The notes under the pieces: generated by a model
Told to the model about the DNA's origin: nothing
What the model saw: the letters and a program-made list of their open reading frames with translations, nothing else
Database searches by the model: none
Translations under genes and position numbers: made by a program
In this document: positions 49,792 to 64,000 of the stretch, in pieces
Numbering within the stretch: the stretch's first letter is position 1
How the letters are laid out: each line of letters opens with the position of its first letter
NCBI GenBank assembly: GCA_963693365.1
Contig: CAVNZM010000003.1
Location: forward strand, 15,421,143 to 15,485,142
Reading direction: 5' to 3'
Length of the DNA: 64,000 nucleotides
From: Amoebidium appalachense
Lineage: Eukaryota; Protista; Ichthyosporea

Positions 49792-50695
49792 GCTGAATGC
49801 GTCATAAAGTACAAAGTACTTTATGACGCAAACCACATAAAGAGTAGGTTTACACGGCTCTTATTTTGGGAGGCGGTGGGATCACAGCCCCTCGTGTGCA
49901 CGTGTGGCTTGCTACGTTTTCCAGCACGGCCACACACTAGACGATGGGCGCCGCAGACGCCCCGAGCTACATATACACCGTATTTACAGGATAAGTATAC
50001 ACCCGTGATTCATTTGGGTGGAAGTCAGAGAGGAAAGCTAGAGCTAAAACTACAAAATCAAACTGAGCCGGATTTAGAAGAAAGCCTATTACAGAGAACC
50101 CTTCCAGGTGGGGGGAATGTGCCGGCAGTGCATCTACATAGCTACGAAAAGAGGCTAAGGTCTCTGGGGGGAGTACCCCCGTGAGCAAACCCTAAACCCT
50201 AACAACACAACCCCTATTAAAGGTACCTGAGCAACGCGGAGTACATTTGGTGGGCCTATACGTATACATTCGTTATAATTAGGAAACGGTTACAACGCCA
50301 AGCTAACGCCATGTGCACATTACGGCCGTCCACTGTCTTGCGTTTATCTGACATCTATCTATCCTAACGGTATCCTGCATGTATGAGACTAACTTGCCCT
50401 CCCTAGACCCACATAAACACGGCAAAGAATCAACCCGTAACGTGAAACGAAAACGGTCAACAGTGTTTACAGCTCATACGTGGGTAGTTGGAAATACGTA
50501 CAAATTTTACATGCAAATATTCTGTTTGTTTGGAACCTATCGGGCGCATCAAAAATGTAAATTATATCATGATTTCGTTCATGTTACCCGGGTATGTTCA
50601 TATGTACACGAGTAGACTAATTAAGGCATCACAGTGCGTTCACAGAACACGGCTAGCCTTACCTACATTCGAACCTAATATGGATATAAAGTTCA

Positions 50696-52213
50696 TTAAA
50701 GCATGAGCTTTAACCCCCCTGAGGGCAACTTAAAGAGCACCATGTTTATCCCCATCTTTTCCTGCACCAACTGTGTGCAAAACTGGTCTAGTGCCTGCAT
50801 AGCAACGGTGAACCGTGCTGCTGCCGACCATCCCGCAGCGTGTGTGAATACGGTGGTTTCGTTAAGGGGTATGTATATTAAGAGTGCAAACATGGTCACA
50901 AAATGAACGAGGATGAGACGGATGTTGTGATGGTAATCGTTGAATTGAATGTGTGTGTTACGTGTTTTGTAGTATGCGGAAAGCAGGAGCAAAGAGTAAG
51001 CGACTACGTACACCCACGCAGTACATGTGCCCCATGAAGTAAACTTGGTATGCAGGTCGTACTTTACGCGCCAGATAGTGTATGAGATAGAACTAGCTGC
51101 GTGGATCAACAGTGTAAGTGCTACGGCAGAACCAATGTGGAGGGGTTTCAATCCTGGGCGTGCATCCTGCAATGACCCACTATATATGGTGTGCAGTGCG
51201 TTTTGACGCATATACAAAACAGTGAAGAAACTGCACGCAAACATCACCACCACCACCTCCGTCCAAAAGAGCAAGTTCTGCAGGAAGGTAATCTCCGCCC
51301 GTATCTTCCCCACACTATCAAATACAAAGTTCGTGGGGAAGTCGCTGAGCTGAAGGTAATAGCCCGCCGAAAACACGACCATTCCGGCATTGATGCACAT
51401 TCCGAGAACGAAACATAACGCGAGGTACCATCCGCCCCGCGATCTGACCACTGGATTCCCCCTGTTTTTGAACACCAAAACGGCGATGACGCATAGCAAA
51501 AGCGCGTGTCCACCCGCGTATATGACCTCGTAGATAAATACCCGCCTCCCGCGATCTGTGGCTGTGGTAACTGCGTGACCAAAATCGATCGTTTGTTGTT
51601 GCAAAGTCTGAATCAGGGTGAGGTTTACTACCCCCCCTTGCACACTCTGCGAGTGTGTGAGTGCATTTAGTGTTTGGTCTAGTGCCAGCACGGCACTTTC
51701 GACCAAAACTATCGGTGCCGTAGAAGTGACACTACCCACAAGAGCCAAATAGCTCACTTCGACACCGATCATCACACACAGGCACAGAAAAAAAACCCCA
51801 AATGTCAACCGAAGGTACCATTTTGCCGCAAGCTGCAGTGGGTTTCCTTGCCCTTGCGGTGATGCTTGTCGTTGTTTCTTAACGCCTGGGGGTTTTTGTG
51901 CTGAATTTTGGTTGCGTCGTGGTAATGGAGCACTGTTACTCACGGGGCTATTTTCGTCGGTAGTGGGGTTTTTCCTATCATCAATCGAACAGGCACCCAG
52001 TAGATCAAGCACTTGCGCATGTTCGTGGTCAACAACAACAGCAGCAAGGCCTGGTATGCTCGTCACCCCGTTCTGCTTGGACTCTTTTGCGCTTGTTTTT
52101 TGTGTGCTAAATTGCATTGCCTGTGGGGGTTCACTTAGAATATGGTTTTCTCCCGTAGTGGGAGAAGAGGCCCTCTGGCTGGGCGCGCCGACTCTGTTGG
52201 TTGCTGGCCACAT
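50696..52213 (-). CDS. Intronless multi-pass membrane protein, class C GPCR (7tm_3)-like, 505 aa
   Basis: Uninterrupted, non-repetitive ORF with about 7 hydrophobic helices. FKNRGNPVVRSRG after a TM and AYYKTRNTHIQFND before a TM resemble class C GPCR ICL1 and the KTRxxxxxFNE motif. A canonical TM7 is not evident. Confidence 0.6.
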   Translation of the reverse strand: MWPATNRVGAPSQRASSPTTGENHILSEPPQAMQFSTQKTSAKESKQNGVTSIPGLAAVVVDHEHAQVLDLLGACSIDDRKNPTTDENSPVSNSAPLPRRNQNSAQKPPGVKKQRQASPQGQGNPLQLAAKWYLRLTFGVFFLCLCVMIGVEVSYLALVGSVTSTAPIVLVESAVLALDQTLNALTHSQSVQGGVVNLTLIQTLQQQTIDFGHAVTTATDRGRRVFIYEVIYAGGHALLLCVIAVLVFKNRGNPVVRSRGGWYLALCFVLGMCINAGMVVFSAGYYLQLSDFPTNFVFDSVGKIRAEITFLQNLLFWTEVVVVMFACSFFTVLYMRQNALHTIYSGSLQDARPGLKPLHIGSAVALTLLIHAASSISYTIWRVKYDLHTKFTSWGTCTAWVYVVAYSLLLLSAYYKTRNTHIQFNDYHHNIRLILVHFVTMFALLIYIPLNETTVFTHAAGWSAAARFTVAMQALDQFCTQLVQEKMGINMVLFKLPSGGLKLML

Positions 52214-54806
52214 CGTGATGCTGTGGGTCTGCTAACTCCCTGCATAGAGAAATTCGAGAAAAAGCTGGGGTGGTGGGGTCGTATGTAGCTAGTTACAAAT
52301 ACATACGAAGAAGAACGTAAGTGTGTAGACAAGGAACAACGAAATTGAAAGAAATGAAGCTTAATTATACGCTCACTCCTATTGCAGGTGTTGTGACCCT
52401 TAAGGTGCCATATGGGCTATAGTTCAAAAAAAAAAACTGCAATGCTTGTCTAGAAGTATTATAGAACCATATTTAGACGTAGTTTTTGCCAGACTGCGTT
52501 TGTGATGCAGAAAAACAGGGGATGTAGATTTAGAATTGGCCCGTTCGTTACACTATATGAATAGGCACTTTGTACACTCTGTGAAGTTGGTCATTTTTCT
52601 TCCCTGTGTCCAGCCGATGTACAAACAGTAACAGAATGAAGGGGAATAGGAAAATAGAAAACTCTTCACGCGTGTTTAACACAAAAAGTTCCAAACAAAA
52701 ACACAGTTATGGACAAGATGCCGGGCTTGTTGAGTTGTTGACGACCACGACAACACTTCAGACCAACGATTCGAAACCTGCACATTCCAGGCGATTTCCA
52801 GCCCTGAAGCCTACAGGTTGAGTGGAATGCATGGTATCTGTACCGTACCCGTAGATTCGTCTCCAAATTCTCGTCTTCAAGTATCTTTAATTGAGATACG
52901 CCATAGAAAATAAAGAAAGAAGTCAAATAAAAATGTAGGTAAGAATCGAAGACCAATCTGTAGGAAATGTACTACTATATATATCGCACCCACCGAGAAC
53001 TCGTGACCCTCTGGCCTCGGCAGAAATATCCACGCATGGTTACTGCATCGGCACATCTATGGCGCGGAATTTCAGCCCTGGGACCTTTGATGCCGGAGCA
53101 CGCCGCCGTCTTGCAGCCGCAGAGCTGGAACAAGTACCATGAAATATGTATCTGTAGTACTGTCACAGTATATGAAATCACAAATACAAGCCTGACGGGT
53201 TGCCGTAAGCACCAAAAAAATAAAGGTTCCTCAAACACTGTTTTACGATGCCCTCTGGTAGTAGACGTGTAATTGCACACCCTGAAAGGGATGTTCCAAG
53301 GTTTGAGCTACCAATCAGAACACTTTCTCGCACAAATGCCTGGTGATCCCCCAAAATCAAAGTTTGTCGGTTGAGGTTCCGTGTGTCCAAAGTTCCTTCC
53401 AAGTTTGAATTCAAATAAAATTGCCTATTTAGGAAGCATTACGACGTACAGATTACGGTCTATAATTTTCAAAAATGGCAAATACACGTATTATGCTTTT
53501 AAAGGCCTTAATAGAAATACGGAAATGCCTTTGGCACCCTTACGCCATCTCAATACTCAAGGCATGTGGTGGAAGTCTAGGGAGATTGTTTTTGATACCG
53601 TGTTCGCCAATCATATAGGAGACCGTCTTGCCAAATGTTGGCAAAAAAACCTCCTGGCTCTACTCGTTGAACAGTCTGACAGTAACTAGTAACAGCGTTT
53701 GACTCACTAGTAGTAGTGGTGAGTGGTCACTATGTAGTCACTACACTTGCTAAACAAGATGACCTAGTACTCAACAGATTTTATGGACATATTATGCACA
53801 TTATATAATATGAGAAAACGAAAAAAATAAAAAACAATAACTAAAAGGTTCTAGGGCTATATTTCTGATCCAAAAGCTACATATGTTCGGCCCACTTGAA
53901 CTGGGCACATCATGGCCGGCCCCTTGCGTCCGCGCCCCGCGCGCGGCGGGTCCCGAATTTTCCATGGGCCAAAAACGTGAACTGCAGACCGCCTGCAGAG
54001 CCTACATTGAAGAGGGAAGAGGTGAGTCACAGTGCCAGCGCGCGGTGTTGACTCACAGCGGCATGCATGGAGGCCCAACGGCAACCCTTGGCACAAAGGT
54101 TGTAGCGCTACATAAGCTGATCTATAGCTATGTCGCGCACTTTGGGTTCCCCCACCAGGATGATTTTGTGTTGTGTTGAGATTTGTCATGTTCAAGCCTT
54201 CGGTGATGCCAGGTCGGCTTTGTCACTTGGGGGTGGTCAGCCTGGCTCGGGAGGGTCGCATGGTCATATGATCATCAGAGAATGCTTCATGTCACCCGGC
54301 GGGGGGATAAGGGTGGCCAGTGATTAGGGTTAGGGTTTAGGGTTACTATTGGTGGGCCAGGGGGAGAGGGGGGGGGGGGGGCGCGGGGGCAGAAGTGGGG
54401 TTCTATGTCACGGTGAGAGATGGGGGCGCTTCTGATCAGTAGAAATGGGCTGGCTTCTTGAGCAGGCAGCACACTTTGAAAGCAGTTGGAACCAAAGGGA
54501 AAAATCTTCATGAAGCATGCATTCTCTGGTTCACAAACAACGGGTTGCGATAGATATATTTATGAATCAAAAAACATGTGCATATTGATCATCTATATTC
54601 AGCACCTGAGGGACTAAAGATGATGCTCTCTACCCGGTTAACCACTCGCCTATAAGCGCACCCAGCTTGACGATTTATCTAACCAACGAACTTGCACCAC
54701 ATTAAGTACCTAACATTTTAAAAAAAAGCGTAAAAAGGAACAATTACACATACACAGCTAAAAAAAACTTTGTCAAAAACAGAAATAAGAACAGAACCCA
54801 TCATTT

Positions 54807-56640
54807 CTACTGTGCAGTCCAACCCCCATCCATGGTCCATGCTGCCCCCCTAACCTGCCCTGCCGCCTCGCTGCAAAGAAACAAAACCATAGCAGCCAGC
54901 TGGTTTTCCTTCACAAATTCCTTCGACGGCTGCTTCTCTCCCAGCAGTTTCTCCCGTGCCTGGTCAACATCAATGTTCTCCCTCTGTGCCAATGCATCCA
55001 CCTGTGCTTGCACCAATGGTGTGAGCACCCATCCAGGGCAGATTGCATTGCATGTTACCCCCGTGCCTGCCGTTTCCAACCCCACCACCTTGGTCATCCC
55101 CACCACACCATGTTTTGCGGCCACATATGCCGTTTTGCCCACCGATCCAATTAGTCCATGCACTGAGGCAATGTTGATGATGCGCCCCCAGTTAGCCTGC
55201 TTCATGTGGGGAATAGCTAGACGGGTGGTGTGGAAGACGGACGATAGGTTGATGGCAATGACGCTGTCCCATCTGCACCAGAACACAACAACCAGTTAGA
55301 CTTTGAGAGGTACTGATGTTTCCATATACCGTACATCACATTTTCCATATATGGTACAAAACTGTTTCCATACACGGTTTCACCGGCTTTTTCACTTTGA
55401 TGCCCCTGCCCCTGCACTGTTATCTAGCCATCATCCTCCTCTCTTGCCCCCTTCCCCAAATCCTCTTCCATCCTTGAAATTCACCCATCATGATCTCCTC
55501 CCCCCCTCCCCCCTCCCCCCCTTTCCTTCGCCTCCTCCTCTCCCTCCCCCCTTCCCCATCTCACACACACATATGTACATGTGCATGCATGCACATTTTT
55601 CTACGTTCTTTATCCAGGCACTTTTTTTTGCAGCAATATCCTTCCTCCCCTCCCCCCCTCCCCCACGTCCTTTATCTAGGCACTTTGTTTGCTGCATTAA
55701 TCCTTCTCCCCTTCCCCTCCCCCCCCTCTCCCCACCGTCCCTTCTCTCCTCCCAGCTCTCCCTGCACTGCACACATATACACCCACCCACATACCTACAC
55801 ACACACTCACACATTCGAGAACACACATACACTTTTCCTCCACTAATTGCTTCGTCAGTGGGTACGATCAACACATGGATCTTCAATCCTCTCTCTCCCT
55901 TTTGGCACTTACGTAAATCCTTTTTCCCCGGTCCTCCTTCTCCCCCCCCCCCCCCCCAAAAAAAAAAAAATAGAAAAAATAGAAAAAATAGAAAGAAAAC
56001 GAAAAGAAGTATCCTACGTTGCCTACATCGCAACTAGTTTCTCCAAACACACACAGCCTTAAAGCATGCAACGACATAGGTATACACGTATCTACAAGCA
56101 GTTTATCTATACAAACTCCCTAATCCCTTCCGGATCCCGGCAGTGCCCGGACCTACCTTCCACCCCAATCTAAAATACAACTAAGCTTTCTACCATTAAC
56201 ACTACCTTGCTGAGGCATCCATGTTTGCAGTAAGCCCCATTCACATGCATGAACAAGTGCACAACTGCTATCAAGAGGAGTCTGACCCACCTCTCAACGG
56301 CGAATTCCTCCACAGGAGCCACGTGCTGTATTCCCGCGTTGTTCACAAGGATATCCACCCCGCCAAACGTTTCGCTCGCAAATTCCATCATCTCTTGTAT
56401 TTCCTCTGCCTTGGCCATGTTTGCCCCATGGTACTCCACCCCACTCTCGGGGTTAATCCTTGCAGCACATACCACCTTCTTAGCCCCCTCCCAGTCTCCA
56501 AACCCATTCAAAACAAGATTGCATCCTTCACCAGCTAGCGCTTGTGCTACGGCAAGGCCTATGCCACTTGTCGACCCGGTGACTAGCGCCGTTTTACCTC
56601 TTAGTGTGCCCATAGTGGTGGTGGGTGTGGTGGTAGGCAT
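54807..56640 (-). CDS. bdhA: D-3-hydroxybutyrate dehydrogenase (bacterial-type classical SDR), 2 exons, 271 aa (262 aa from the Met at 56613)
   Basis: Exons 56640-56291 and 55272-54807 are joined across a 1018-bp GT-AG intron (AG|A, giving ...VERWDS...). Motifs: TGSTSGIG, VLNGFGD, NNAGIQHVAPVEEF, NIASVHGL, AYVAAKHG, NAICPGWVLTPLV, LLGEKQPS, MDGGWTAQ. Confidence 0.93.
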
Positions 56641-57238
56641 GTTCAAATTCCCTGCCGCACGGTGGTGAAGAGGTAATTGGAAAGGAAAACCACCGGAGTA
56701 ATAGCAGTCTAAACACAGAATGACTTGGTGCAAACACAACAATGCTTGTCTGGTGTTTTCCTTCAGCCTGTTGACCTTCTAGACCCTTCCACCACAGGCT
56801 TCCTCGACAAAAAAAAGAGTTGGGCCATAAAACGGAGCCATGATCATCAGCTGTGACGTCAGGCAGAGGCATCCGATTGGTCCTCCTTATGCAAACATGC
56901 CTAAATATGGTTTATCGTGTTTCGATCTTGGCGCCTTTTTTTTTTTTGAGCCGGGCCGCTCCGGATCAAGGCCTCCTCTAGAGCCAGCGAGCGAGATCTC
57001 TAGAGAGAGAGGGAGAGAGAGAGAGAGAGAAGATAGTGCGTGTGTGTGTGCGTGTGACGGCCTCGGGAGAGGCCCTAATGAAACGGTGACAGAGAGCTCT
57101 CGAGAACAAACGGGTTTGATGCTAAGCTAGTTTGTCACCGCTGGTGTTCCTACTGAGTGGCTAGGCAGCTTTCCTTTCTTGGGGCTTTGAGCACAAACCA
57201 AACGCGATCCGTACCGCCTCCTTATATACCTGACAACC
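56641..57238. promoter_or_regulatory. Short head-to-head (probably bidirectional) promoter region between bdhA and PSMG1
   Basis: About 600 bp between divergent ATGs. Perfect CRE palindrome TGACGTCA at 56854-56861 and ATTGG (CCAAT box) at ~56876. Function is inferred from position only. Confidence 0.45.
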
Positions 57239-63388
<6,150 letters not shown>

Positions 63389-63599
63389 GTACGTAGCACC
63401 CATCCCCCCCCCCCCCCCCCCCTGCCGCCCCCCTTCCCCCCAGGCATCACCCCCCCCCCCCCCCCCCCCCCCCCTCCGCCTCCCCACTCCCATCCCCTGC
63501 GCACGCACCACCTGCATATCCCCTTGTCACACGCACAGACCAAATGATCATCCCCAACAACAGGTGACCAAGAGTATGCCTAGTGGTGCGCAGCATTAA

Positions 63600-63785
63600 A
63601 GGGCCTAGGCAGGCTTAAAAAGGAAACATTCATGGCTGTCGTTTTAGATACTTGGCTGCGAGCATCCTAGAGCCACAACATTATTCAGGTGCTGCTGACC
63701 AATCAGTAGCAGCCATTAAAAGGTACCACTTAGTTGAGGCCTATGTCGACATAAAACAAAATCCCCAAGCGGCGCTGCCCAGGCT
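63600..63785. mobile_element. Putative MITE with TTAA flanks
   Basis: TTAA|AGGGCCTAGGCAG ... CTGCCCAGGCT|TTAA, an imperfect TIR. Confidence 0.45.
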
Positions 63786-64000
63786 TTAAAGTTTAAACCG
63801 CTGTTGATGGGTTTGATAGTCTCCGATCTGATCAATATTGGTCTTCCGGAGAACAAAGGGGGGTTAAACCAACCACCACTTCTCCCATTTTAGCATCTGG
63901 CCGCTGACCCCCCAAAAGCCACATTGCTCAAATGCGTCTCACCAATCAAAAGACTCAATCAAATAGTGTCACATTGCCGATGTCGCCATACGACCGATTC

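Overview
Eukaryotic nuclear DNA with introns very rich in (GT/CA)n, (GA/CT)n and poly-G/C tracts. Most ORFs in the supplied track are translations of these repeats. By manual splicing I reconstructed: a 16-exon MATE transporter gene (-; 528 aa; one GC-AG intron), a tandem MATE pseudogene (-), a 12-exon CRYZL1-like quinone oxidoreductase gene (+; 332 aa), an intronless class C GPCR-like ORF (-; 505 aa), a bacterial-type 3-hydroxybutyrate dehydrogenase gene with one intron (-), and the first six coding exons of PSMG1/PAC1 (+; runs off the window). Mobile and repetitive DNA includes a solo LTR with 5-bp TSD, a 4-kb TIR element with TTAT TSD, several MITEs, a sense-oriented intronic repeat family and a ~61-bp satellite. 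The most notable signals are: (i) polarised splice-site architecture, with (CA)n or poly-C in place of a U-rich tract at many acceptors and (GT)n or poly-C after many donors; (ii) a probable horizontally acquired bdhA; (iii) reciprocal gene loss after a MATE/CRYZL1 duplication; (iv) an intronless GPCR-like gene on a 4.2-kb segment bounded by inverted telomere-like 16-mers. Family calls come from remembered motifs, not database searches. The host is unidentified; a non-metazoan opisthokont such as a unicellular holozoan is a guess.
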